The position numbers and the translations under genes were made by a program. A DNA stretch of 64,000 nucleotides from assembly GCA_031411295.1 (NCBI GenBank), contig JANOAV010000059.1:1-64000 (forward strand). Reading direction: 5' to 3'. The stretch comes from Verrucomicrobiales bacterium. Its GTDB lineage: Bacteria > Verrucomicrobiota > Verrucomicrobiia > Verrucomicrobiales > V1-33. Positions 1 through 9,505 of the stretch are shown piece by piece. How positions within the stretch are numbered: position 1 is the stretch's first letter; each line of letters begins with the position of its first letter. Under the pieces are notes generated by a model. The model saw only the letters and a list, made by a program, of their open reading frames with translations, did no database searches and was not told the origin of the DNA.

Positions 1-1
1 C

Positions 2-778
2 GTGTGGTATGCGCCCATGATGCCGCATACCCCGCACACACCTCCCGATCGATTATTCCAAAAGTATGTTACCAAAACCGAGTCCCCGCACATTGCTCGT
101 TACTGGGCCATGTGCGAGTGGTTTGACGAAACCTGCGGGGAACTGCTGGCCCATCTCGAAAATGAAAAATTGGCCGAGAACACCATCGTCATTTACCTGG
201 CCGACAACGGATGGATCCAGTCCCCAACCTCCGCGAATTTCGCCCCAAAAAACAAGACCTCCCCATTCGATGCCGGACATCGCACGCCCATCCTGATCCG
301 TTGGCCCGGACGCGTCACGCCAGCCGAATCAGCCTCCCTAGCATCTTCCGTCGATATCATGCCCACGGTGCTGGCAGCGCTCGAATTGCCGGTCCCGCAA
401 GGCGTCACAGGCATCAACCTGCTTGACACCAAGACGGTCGCAGCGCGCCAGTATGTGTTTGGCGAGGATTTCACGATCCGTTCACAAACGTTGGACGATC
501 CGGCGGCCAATGTTCTCTGGCGCTGGGTCACCGATGGGCGCTGGCGGCTCATTCTTCCCCGCACCTTTGCAGCGGAGGGCGCCTTGAAAACGATCCCGTC
601 CGACAAGTATCAGGTGCCCTATCTGGAAGCCACGCTAAAGTCCGCGCAGCCGATGCTCTTTGACTTGCAAACCGATCCGGCGGAGGAAACCAACCTCGCC
701 AGCAAGCACCCGGAAATTGTGACCAAACTCCGCACGAAGCTCGACGCTCATTGGACCCCCAAGATAGCCACACCATGA
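2..778 (+). CDS. Sulfatase, C-terminal part (5' end outside window)
   Basis: Motifs PHTPH, IYLADNG, K.SPFDAGHRTPILIRWPG, SSVDIMPT and LFDLQTDPAEETNL are typical of the S1 sulfatase C-terminal half. Confidence 0.9.
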   Translation: MWYAPMMPHTPHTPPDRLFQKYVTKTESPHIARYWAMCEWFDETCGELLAHLENEKLAENTIVIYLADNGWIQSPTSANFAPKNKTSPFDAGHRTPILIRWPGRVTPAESASLASSVDIMPTVLAALELPVPQGVTGINLLDTKTVAARQYVFGEDFTIRSQTLDDPAANVLWRWVTDGRWRLILPRTFAAEGALKTIPSDKYQVPYLEATLKSAQPMLFDLQTDPAEETNLASKHPEIVTKLRTKLDAHWTPKIATP

Positions 779-2394
779 AAACACCCCTCGCACTTCTCTC
801 CGCCCTGTTGCTATCGCCACTCGCTGCTATTTCAGCTGCGGAGCCGGATGTCATTGTCTATGGGGCAACTCCCGGCGGATTCTGTGCCGCCATCGCAGCG
901 GCTCGGGAGGGCGCTTCCGTCATCCTGCTGGAGCCGACGGACCACGTTGGCGGAGTGAATACGGGTGGGTTGTGTTTCAGCGACTCGAATCAAACCGTTC
1001 GCAGCACGGTAATGGGGCTGTTTGATGAATGGCACACGCGCATTGAAACTGACTACACCACACGCGGAATCAAATTGCCCTACAAGGTCAGCGAAAAGGA
1101 TCAGACCCACTGGTCATATGAGCCGAGCGTGGCCATGCGGATCACGCAGCAAATGCTCAATGAAGCGAAGGTGCAGGTCTTGACGAAGCGCGTCCTGAAG
1201 ACGGTTACGAAGGATGGCCCGCGCATCACGCAACTCACGACCAGTGATGGCGATTTCAGAGCCAAGGTCTTCATCGATGCCAGCTATGAAGGCGATCTGA
1301 TGGCGGCGGCGGGGGTTTCTTGGACGATCGGGCGCGAAGGGCGGAAGGAGTTTGGAGAATCTTATGCAGGGAAACAATACCCCAAGCCCAAGATGGCTAT
1401 TTCGGGCCGTGATGATGCGGGAAATTTATTGCCACTCATCACCACGGCTGATGCCGGTCCAGAAGATGCGGGAGACAAGAACGTCATGGTTTACAGTTTC
1501 CGGCTATGCGTCACCAAGGACAAAGCCAATCGAGTTCCCTTTCCTGCTCCAGCCAACTACGACCCTGCACGCTTCGAAGTCATCCGCCGTCACTTTTTGC
1601 AAGGAAAGCCTACCCCCATGTGGGATTTGTATCCGGTCCCCAACGACAAGTTTGATGCTAACAACGGCATTGGGAAACAATTCTCCATGGGACTTGTGGG
1701 AGCCTGCAATGGATGGAGCGAAGCCGACGCAGCAGGCCGGGCGAAAATCTGGGAAGCACACAAGCAATACACCTTGGAATTGTATCACTTCTTCTGCACC
1801 GACCCTGCGGTGCCCGTAGCCATGAGGAAGCAACATGCAGAACTCGGCCTGTGTCGCGATGAATTCAGCAGCTACAACCACTGGTCGCCCCAACTCTATG
1901 TTCGTGAAGGCCGACGCATGAAGGGTGTCTATGTGCTCAGTCAAAAGGACATCATGGAGCAGCCGCAGAAGGAGGATCCTATTGTCATTTCCTCATTCCC
2001 CATTGACTCCCACGACTGTCAGCGCGTGGCGACCAACGACGGTGTATTTGATGAAGGCACCATCATGCCCGTGCGGATGGCTGGCCGCAAGCACGGCTAT
2101 CCCTATCATATTCCGTATCGCAGCATTCTGCCGAAGGCCACCGAATGTGAGAACCTGCTGGTGCCTGTGGCGCTCTCCTGCACGCATGTCGGCATTGCTT
2201 CCATCCGCGTGGAACCCACCTGGATGATCCTCGGCCAGAGCGCAGGGGTGGCGGCCGCCCTCGCGGCACAGCAACAAGTGACCGTGCAGAAACTTCCCTA
2301 CGCCAAGCTGCGCGAACGTCTGCTGGCACAGAAGCAAGTGCTCGATCTTCCGGTGCTCCCGGCTTTGCAGGCTGCAGAGGCACCCACACGATGA
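775..2394 (+). CDS. Secreted FAD-dependent oxidoreductase (FAD_oxidored, xanthan-lyase-like family)
   Basis: Signal peptide MKTPLALLSALL; Rossmann motif DVIVYGATPGG; FIDASYEGDL, YVREGRR, YHIPYRS and RVEPTWM motifs. ATG at 775 overlaps the upstream TGA (ATGA). Confidence 0.85.
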   Translation: MKTPLALLSALLLSPLAAISAAEPDVIVYGATPGGFCAAIAAAREGASVILLEPTDHVGGVNTGGLCFSDSNQTVRSTVMGLFDEWHTRIETDYTTRGIKLPYKVSEKDQTHWSYEPSVAMRITQQMLNEAKVQVLTKRVLKTVTKDGPRITQLTTSDGDFRAKVFIDASYEGDLMAAAGVSWTIGREGRKEFGESYAGKQYPKPKMAISGRDDAGNLLPLITTADAGPEDAGDKNVMVYSFRLCVTKDKANRVPFPAPANYDPARFEVIRRHFLQGKPTPMWDLYPVPNDKFDANNGIGKQFSMGLVGACNGWSEADAAGRAKIWEAHKQYTLELYHFFCTDPAVPVAMRKQHAELGLCRDEFSSYNHWSPQLYVREGRRMKGVYVLSQKDIMEQPQKEDPIVISSFPIDSHDCQRVATNDGVFDEGTIMPVRMAGRKHGYPYHIPYRSILPKATECENLLVPVALSCTHVGIASIRVEPTWMILGQSAGVAAALAAQQQVTVQKLPYAKLRERLLAQKQVLDLPVLPALQAAEAPTR

Positions 2395-2569
2395 TCGAAT
2401 TCAAGGGTGATCCCCTTCCGGAGGCTGGCGGGTGGCGGTTCGCAGAGGGGCCCCCTTTACCCTGTCGTTGGCCGCAGCCCGGAGCAGGATAGCGCAGGAA
2501 ATCATTGCCATAGGGCGAATCCTAGTGCAAGCCTGTTCGCAAATGCATCCTCATTACAATCTCCCGTTT

Positions 2570-4150
2570 ATGAAACACGGTTGGGCGCTTTTCGTTGCTC
2601 CCCTGCTTTTCACCCTAGCAACTCTTCTGCATGCTGAAATCGAGATCCGCCCCGATCAAATTCAATTTCGTCGCCAGGCCGTGACGCGCCTGATATTCGA
2701 TGCCAGTCAGAACATTCCGTTGTCCTCGCTGCGGCCAGCCAAGATCGTGGATCTGGACCTGATGCATCCGGAAATGCGGCCAAACTCTGGTGTGAAATGG
2801 GAGTTTCAAAATGGGAATTTGCTGGGCGGGTCCAAGGAGGCAGAGGGCTCGGCTCTGCGCTGGGTCGGCGGATTCAACCCCTTTGCGACGTATGATCTGG
2901 TGATCGCACGGACCACGGGTGAGGGATCGGTGGGAATGACATTTCTTCATTCCACCAATGGTGATGCGCTGGCGACCGGCTTGCAATTTAAGGATGGCAA
3001 ACCTGAGTCCATCACTTGGAAGGTGCTCGTCGCTGGCCAGCAGGTGGCGGAGGAAAAGTGGCCGGTGCCCGCAGGAACGGTTGCGGACAACCTGACGCTG
3101 CGGGCGCAGATGTCGTCCGTAGGCGTCAATCTGTTGCTGGAATCTGCAGGTAAATCCGTGCTGGTGGGATATGCGGATTTCTCCAAGCATTTCGATCTCC
3201 GAGAGCGGGATCGCATTCAGCGAATTGATTTTGCAGTGAGCGCGGAACTGAAGGCGGACGCACAAGTTCAGTTGGCTGAAGCATCCGCCTACCTCTCGCC
3301 CGGCTCTGGCCAGGCCGATCTCCGGGCGATCACCAACGAGGAAGGCGAGCCATTGCTCGAAGAGGGTCGGCTTTGGTTCACGATCACGTTGCGGGGCAGG
3401 GCGTTGCCGCACCAACTGCAAGGCGTGTTCTCACTGAACCCATCCGTCTTTGATCTGCGTTTCGAGGGCGTCATCGTGTTCGATATGGATGATGGTTTGC
3501 TGCGCAACGATCATGCGTCCCACATCTATCGCGATTCCAAGACCGGATTTTGGCGGGGTTGGACCACGGGCTTCAGCGCGCTGGGCGAAGCCGGCAAGAA
3601 TGAGGAGAAAGCAATTCTCGCAATCACTTCGGTGCGGGATCCCCGGCGGGGCTTCTCCATTATGAAAGCACGACCCATCGGCCTCGTGGGTGCCCACGAA
3701 GATCCACACGGAATTTACGACAAGGAAGCAGGCAAATGGCGCCTCCTCTTGTGTGAGCACGGCAAGAAGTATCGTGCCGCCATGTATGAAAGTGATCGCT
3801 GGGACGGTGGGTTCACTCGACTAGCCGGACCGGTGGACATGGACAGCACCGGCACGATGATCCAGAAGTTTGGCAACAAACGTTTTGCCCTCTTCGGCAG
3901 TGCGGACCGGAAAATTTACATCCGCAGCTACCCTGGGCTTGAGCCTGCTGGTGAACTGAAGGTGGAGCTCCCGCCATGGAATGATGCCAACGGCACGCGG
4001 ATCTGGCCAAATGTGATTCCCTTACCCGAAGGATACCCCGCGCCTTACATTGCGCTGATGATGGATCGGGTGAACTTTCCGGCAATGCCGAAAGCAAATT
4101 GGACCTATGGGGCGCTCTACCTCTACCATGGCTATGCGATCAAACCTTGA
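2570..4150 (+). CDS. Secreted hypothetical protein, possible beta-propeller hydrolase in the C-terminal half
   Basis: Long ORF; signal-peptide-like MKHGWALFVAPLLFTLATLLHA at ATG 2570; HEDP motif and short beta-rich segments. No family confidently recognised. Confidence 0.7.
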   Translation: MKHGWALFVAPLLFTLATLLHAEIEIRPDQIQFRRQAVTRLIFDASQNIPLSSLRPAKIVDLDLMHPEMRPNSGVKWEFQNGNLLGGSKEAEGSALRWVGGFNPFATYDLVIARTTGEGSVGMTFLHSTNGDALATGLQFKDGKPESITWKVLVAGQQVAEEKWPVPAGTVADNLTLRAQMSSVGVNLLLESAGKSVLVGYADFSKHFDLRERDRIQRIDFAVSAELKADAQVQLAEASAYLSPGSGQADLRAITNEEGEPLLEEGRLWFTITLRGRALPHQLQGVFSLNPSVFDLRFEGVIVFDMDDGLLRNDHASHIYRDSKTGFWRGWTTGFSALGEAGKNEEKAILAITSVRDPRRGFSIMKARPIGLVGAHEDPHGIYDKEAGKWRLLLCEHGKKYRAAMYESDRWDGGFTRLAGPVDMDSTGTMIQKFGNKRFALFGSADRKIYIRSYPGLEPAGELKVELPPWNDANGTRIWPNVIPLPEGYPAPYIALMMDRVNFPAMPKANWTYGALYLYHGYAIKP

Positions 4151-4188
4151 TCCCATAAATTCCCCGTAAACCGAGCACCACCATTACA

Positions 4189-5697
4189 ATGAACCCGGAA
4201 GACCTTAAAGAACTCATGCAAACGGGAGCTGACCGCGTCGATGAAATATTGAACCGCCCTTGGGAGTGCTCGGAATTGGAGATGGGGTTGAAAACTGCAA
4301 TGGGACTCAAGGACTTGGCCTGCTGCCGCGAGTTACTTCAGGAAAAAGGACAGTGGCTCGCCAAGTTTAAGAGCCATGAGCTGACGGAACTCATGGATAT
4401 GGCCATCCGCTCCAGAGAGGCAGCGGATGAGCTTGTCGGCTTGCTGCTTCAGTCTGGTGTCCCGGCACACAGTGTCTATGACAACATTGGCCCGCACTAT
4501 CAGCACACGCCAGTGGTCACTGCGGCTCGCGCAGGACGTCTTGATTTGGTGCAGAAGCTCACTGCGGCTGGCGCGGATATTTATTGGTCGAGTCCAACCG
4601 GCGCGAATGCCTTGAGTGAGGTTCTGCCAAGCAGGGCCATGCAGGCCAGCACAGCCGACACGCCCGAACTGGCGCGAGTGCGTGAATGGCTGACACAGGA
4701 AGGGCTGCGAGTCGATCCACTCTGCGCTGACAGCAGGAGGAAGCTGCATTGGGCAACCGGGCAGCCTGAGTCGTGGCCAGATGTTCCCGCATTGCTCGCA
4801 CTTGGCATCCCGCTGGATGTGACAGGCTGGACGCCTTTCATGCTGAACATGGCTTTGGGCTCCACCGAGGTGCGGGACGTGGCTGGTCTGGCGATGGAGG
4901 AATTGCACCACCGCGATGCTTGGAGCCGCACGCCCTTCCTGCTCGCTGTCGAAGCGGGAAGTTTGGGCATGACGCTCGCCTTGTTCGAGCGTGGAAGCGA
5001 TCTTCACGCGAAGGGGCACTGCGGGGCCACTGCGCTCCATCTGGCTGCGAAATTTAATCACTGCCATTTACTCGAGTGGTTGCTGGTCAATGGCTTGCCT
5101 CTCGACTCACGAAATGAGTTCGGTGACTCGGCTCTCCATGCCGCAGTCAGCAACGAATGCATAGATGCTGCGACATTGCTCCTGAAAAAAGGGGCCAGCG
5201 TGCATGAACGGGATAGAAACGGATTTGCGCTCATCCATTCGGTGTCATTCAACAACGACATGGCCATGCTCAAACTGTTACTCAACGCAGGCGCGGAAGT
5301 GAACGACGTTTCCGGTGGGGGAGACTGGCCTTTGAAAGACGCCTGCGAGTCGGGCGATGCCACTGCCGTCGCTTTTCTGCTCCAAATCGGAGCAAAGCCA
5401 GACCTCACTTCGACAGGAGAAACCGCACTCTTTAGGGCGGTCTCCAGCGACAGTCTGGAATGCGTCCGCCTAATTGTGGATGCCGGCGCCGACGTGAATG
5501 CCACCGATTGCGACGGCTGGACGTGTGTGTTCCATCTGCGCTCCGAGCGTGTTGCGCGCTATTTGCTGGAGCGCGGAGCAAGGCCCGATATTTCGGACCA
5601 ATGCGGCGGTCTACCAGAAGACTGGGAGCGCGTTCCCATGGGCGTGCGACGAATGCTGCGAGAATGGCGAACAAGCCACCAGCAATCTGATTCCTGA
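4189..5697 (+). CDS. Ankyrin repeat protein
   Basis: Repeated ankyrin motifs TPVVTAA, TPFLLAV, GATALHLAA, GDSALHAAV, WPLKDAC and GETALFRAV...GADVN; no signal peptide. Confidence 0.92.
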   Translation: MNPEDLKELMQTGADRVDEILNRPWECSELEMGLKTAMGLKDLACCRELLQEKGQWLAKFKSHELTELMDMAIRSREAADELVGLLLQSGVPAHSVYDNIGPHYQHTPVVTAARAGRLDLVQKLTAAGADIYWSSPTGANALSEVLPSRAMQASTADTPELARVREWLTQEGLRVDPLCADSRRKLHWATGQPESWPDVPALLALGIPLDVTGWTPFMLNMALGSTEVRDVAGLAMEELHHRDAWSRTPFLLAVEAGSLGMTLALFERGSDLHAKGHCGATALHLAAKFNHCHLLEWLLVNGLPLDSRNEFGDSALHAAVSNECIDAATLLLKKGASVHERDRNGFALIHSVSFNNDMAMLKLLLNAGAEVNDVSGGGDWPLKDACESGDATAVAFLLQIGAKPDLTSTGETALFRAVSSDSLECVRLIVDAGADVNATDCDGWTCVFHLRSERVARYLLERGARPDISDQCGGLPEDWERVPMGVRRMLREWRTSHQQSDS

Positions 5698-5859
5698 CCG
5701 TCCAGCTTTGCATCCACCATGAAAAACATTCTCGCAGTTTTCGGTCTGCTGGTCGCTTTCAAGGGCTTTCGCCAATGAATCGCATAGGCCAATCCTTTGC
5801 TGTTACGGACTAAAATCCCTACCTACATTTCTGACGCTACTTTCGACACTCTCCACATC

Positions 5860-7299
5860 ATGTTATTTAAAGCTTCACTCATATCTCTGCTTCTCACAGT
5901 TCCGGCTGCGCTCGTGGCTGCTGATGCAGCACCAAGGCCGCCGAATGTCCTCTTCATCGCAGTGGACGATCTCAATGATTGGATCGGCTGCCTGGGAGGG
6001 CATCCGCAAACCAAGACACCTAACTTCGACCGGCTTGCCGCCAGCGGGGTGTTGTTCAAGAATGCTTATTGTGCGGGAGCTTCTTGCAATCCATCGCGGG
6101 CTGCGATTATGAGTGGACTGTCGGCCCATCACTCAGGGCTTTATAACAACGTGCAAAAGATGCGCGAGGTGATGCCGGACGCGGAATTGCTGCCGAAATA
6201 TTTTTCCCGTCATGGTTACTGGTCCGCTGGCTCCGGCAAGATGCTCCACTACGTGATCGATCCCCAGTCCTGGGACGACTATTTCCCTGACAAACTAAAG
6301 GACAATCCATTCCCGTTCACATTCTATCCCAAGAAACGGCCGGTAAATTTACCGCGCGCCGGGGCGTGGCAGTATGAAGAAACCGACTGGGCTGCATTGG
6401 ATGTTACCGACCAAGAATTTGGCGGTGATTGGCAGGTCACGAAGTGGATTGGCGAACAATTGCAGCACGAGCATGACAAGCCTTTCTTCCTTGCCTGCGG
6501 GCTCTACCGGCCGCATGAACCATGGTTTGTGCCCAAGCAATATTTTGAACCATTTCCGCTGGAGACCATCCAACCGGGTCCTGGCTACAAGGCCGATGAT
6601 CTTAATGACGTTCCGCCGGCGGGGCAGAAGTTAGGGCGGAATCGCTACTTCGAACACATTCAGAAACAGGGACAATGGAAGCAGGGCATCCAGGCTTACC
6701 TGGCGGCCATTCATTTCGCGGATGCCATGCTAGGTCGCGTGCTTGATGCACTGGAAAAAAGTCCGCAACGCGACAATACCATCGTCGTGCTCTGGAGCGA
6801 TCACGGTTGGCATCTGGGGGAAAAGGAGCACTGGCAGAAATTCACCGGCTGGCGCATCTGTGATCGCGTGCCGCTCATGGTGCGCGTGCCCAAGGGTGTC
6901 ATCGGCTTGCCCGAAGGCACACAAGCCGGATCAGTGTGCGAACGACCTGTCAGCTTGGTCGATTTGTTTCGCACCCTCACAGATTTATGCGGACTACCTG
7001 CCAAACCCGACATCGACGGAAACAGCCTCGTTCCGTTGTTGCGCAATCCATTGACGCCTTGGCCACACACCGCCATCACCCATCTGGATCAACCCGAAAG
7101 TTACGCCATCAGCACGGAGCAATGGCGCTACATCAACTACAAAGGCAACGACGAGGAACTCTACGAGATCAAGAGCGATCCGCATGAGTGGACTAACCTA
7201 GCACTGAAACCCGAACACGCTGCCAAGCTAGCGGAGATGCGAGCGCTCGCACCCAAGGACATTAAGCCGTTGGCATTGCCGCAAGAACCAAAGAAATAA
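5860..7299 (+). CDS. Sulfatase (iduronate-2-sulfatase/choline-sulfatase-like)
   Basis: Signal peptide; PNVLFIAVDDL, CNPSRA, RPHEPW and WSDHGWHLGEK motifs. Confidence 0.93.
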   Translation: MLFKASLISLLLTVPAALVAADAAPRPPNVLFIAVDDLNDWIGCLGGHPQTKTPNFDRLAASGVLFKNAYCAGASCNPSRAAIMSGLSAHHSGLYNNVQKMREVMPDAELLPKYFSRHGYWSAGSGKMLHYVIDPQSWDDYFPDKLKDNPFPFTFYPKKRPVNLPRAGAWQYEETDWAALDVTDQEFGGDWQVTKWIGEQLQHEHDKPFFLACGLYRPHEPWFVPKQYFEPFPLETIQPGPGYKADDLNDVPPAGQKLGRNRYFEHIQKQGQWKQGIQAYLAAIHFADAMLGRVLDALEKSPQRDNTIVVLWSDHGWHLGEKEHWQKFTGWRICDRVPLMVRVPKGVIGLPEGTQAGSVCERPVSLVDLFRTLTDLCGLPAKPDIDGNSLVPLLRNPLTPWPHTAITHLDQPESYAISTEQWRYINYKGNDEELYEIKSDPHEWTNLALKPEHAAKLAEMRALAPKDIKPLALPQEPKK

Positions 7300-7324
7300 T
7301 TCACTCATCCGCTCAACACTCACC

Positions 7325-8740
7325 ATGAAATACCTCCTGCTCTTCATCTCCCTGCTGCAAGCAACGCTTACCGTCCTCCATGCGGCAGATGCGCCTGCGA
7401 AGAAACCAAACTTTCTCTTTCTCTACACCGACGACCAACGTTGGGATGCCATGGGCGTGGTGCAGCGTGAGCAGGGCGAGAAAGCACGCTTCCCGTGGTT
7501 TAAATCGCCCGGCATGGATCGACTGGCAGCAGAGGGCGTGCGCTTCCGTAATGCGTTTGTGACCCTGTCACTCTGCGCGCCCAGCCGGGCCGCTTTCCTA
7601 ACCGGTCGCTATAATCACGCCAACGGCATCACCAACAATGGCACGCCATTTCCGGCGGATGCCGTCACGCATGCCTCGCTGCTGCGGGCTGGTGGCTATA
7701 AGACTGCTTACATTGGCAAATGGCACATGGGTGATCAGAAAGGCCCACGTCCGGGGTTCGACTACTCAGCGAGTTTCGTGGGCCAGGGCGGATACCAAAA
7801 TTTCCCGTTCGAAATCAACGGCGTTGCCACGCCCACCAAAGGCTGGATCGATGACGTTAGCACGGACTACGCCATCGAATGGATGAAGCAGAACAAGGAC
7901 GCGCCCTTCTCGATGGTCATTGGATTCAAGAGCCCTCACAGCCCGCGTGGCGGAAAGAATCTGCCTGAACGCCTGCGCGACCTCTATGCGGGCGAGACCA
8001 GTCGCCCCACGCCAAACTGCGGTGTGCCCGCCATTTTCCACAAACCGGCAGCTGACGGCAAGCAGCCCACCGGACTGGCGGACAACGCGATTCATCTCGA
8101 TTACCTGCGCCACATCAAAGGCGTGGACGACAATGTGGTCCGCTTGCTGGACAGCCTTGATGAACTTGGCATCGCAGAGGATACCGTGGTGGTTTATTCC
8201 AGTGATAACGGCTATTACCTGGGGGAACATTGCTCAGGCGACAAACGATCCCTCTATGATGAATCCATGCGCGTCCCCATGCTCATACGCTATCCCAGGC
8301 TCTTCAGTAAAGGACTGGCGTTGGATGAGTTGGTCTTAAACATTGATCTGGCACCCACATTCCTCGACCTCGCAGGAGTCACGGTTCCCAAGGAAATGCA
8401 GGGTGCCAGTTGGAAGGAACTCGCGTCCGGCCACAAGCCCGCAGACTGGCGTCAGTCCGTCTTTGCCGAATATTACAAAGAACTCGGAGACGTTCCCACC
8501 TGCTATGCTATCCGCACTAACACCCACAAACTGGTGAAATACCCCAACCTCCCAGAGTTCACCGAAGTCTTCGATCTCACCGCCGATCCCTACGAAATCA
8601 AGAACCTCGCAGCGGACAAAACGCTCACCGCCAAACTCGATAAGGAACTGGAGCAACTCATGAAAACAGTGAGCTACACGGTGCCAGAGAATGCGAATAA
8701 GCAGCGCCAGCCAGGTCCTGCGAAATCGTCAGGTGAGTAA
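7325..8740 (+). CDS. Sulfatase (N-acetylglucosamine-6-sulfatase-like)
   Basis: Signal peptide; PNFLFLYTDDQRWD, CAPSRA, GKWHMG, SDNGYYLGEH and DKR motifs. Confidence 0.92.
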   Translation: MKYLLLFISLLQATLTVLHAADAPAKKPNFLFLYTDDQRWDAMGVVQREQGEKARFPWFKSPGMDRLAAEGVRFRNAFVTLSLCAPSRAAFLTGRYNHANGITNNGTPFPADAVTHASLLRAGGYKTAYIGKWHMGDQKGPRPGFDYSASFVGQGGYQNFPFEINGVATPTKGWIDDVSTDYAIEWMKQNKDAPFSMVIGFKSPHSPRGGKNLPERLRDLYAGETSRPTPNCGVPAIFHKPAADGKQPTGLADNAIHLDYLRHIKGVDDNVVRLLDSLDELGIAEDTVVVYSSDNGYYLGEHCSGDKRSLYDESMRVPMLIRYPRLFSKGLALDELVLNIDLAPTFLDLAGVTVPKEMQGASWKELASGHKPADWRQSVFAEYYKELGDVPTCYAIRTNTHKLVKYPNLPEFTEVFDLTADPYEIKNLAADKTLTAKLDKELEQLMKTVSYTVPENANKQRQPGPAKSSGE

Positions 8741-9071
8741 TTGCAGCAACGCGGCTCATGATTCACGAGCACCTTTGCCCGCGTCAGAATTACCTGAAGC
8801 AGGGGATGAGGGCTATCGCGTGCTGCAAGTCCTGAATTGCTCCAACCTATTGCGAGCGCAGCGCAGGGCTCTGCGAGATCGTGTCCTGCAAGCAGCGTCA
8901 GGTTGATGCGGGGGCATTGAATAATGGGAACCGGTTTTCGCGATCGACCCCATGCTGAAGATGCTCAGCAAAGACGGCCCGATCGCTGGGGGCAAAATTC
9001 CTTTGTCCATCCGTCGGCCACCTCTCAAAGGTTACTCATTTGATTTTTGTGGAGTTAACTCAAAACCAGAA

Positions 9072-9112
9072 AACGCCGCTTGGTTCCCCAACCAAGCGGC
9101 GTTCGTGTCTGG
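9072..9112 (-). terminator. Perfect 14-bp hairpin; intrinsic-terminator-like on the minus strand
   Basis: AACGCCGCTTGGTT-CCCC-AACCAAGCGGCGTT at 9072-9103. On the minus strand the stem runs into TTTTCTGGTTTT. Confidence 0.6.
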
Positions 9113-9505
9113 TGGACAACGCTGGTAAATCCCCATTCACCAGCGATGTTTAAAGGGAATCCTCATCCCCACAGACAAATCTATAATAGGTGTTTCAAGC
9201 ACTCACAGCAGCCTCCATTACGAGACGACTTTGAGACTGGCGCGGGACACCGCCCCACACTCATGCAAATTCTATGGGGACCGGCCAATTTTGAAAGTTT
9301 ATTTTGTTTTTTCACTACCCCCATTTCTGGGTAGGTTTTGTTTCAGAGGGAAGCCATCCCTGAGTTATCCCCCTGCACGATTAATCGCTCATCTGCCGTG
9401 CTTGTCCTAATCTGACGAGTTCACCGTTGTAACCATAAGCTTGCCATCAACGCTATCCTCGCACGAACTTGTTTTGGCGTTATCTTGGCTCGACCGCATT
9501 TCCCC

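Noticed and set aside
2395..2569. Short GC hairpins in the gap after the FAD oxidoreductase
   Set aside because: Weak stems with no U-tract or recurrence elsewhere in the window; no function can be supported.
8741..9060. Small ORFs or a gene relic in the first part of the long gap
   Set aside because: The frames I translated and the ORF-track entries showed no recognisable protein motif.
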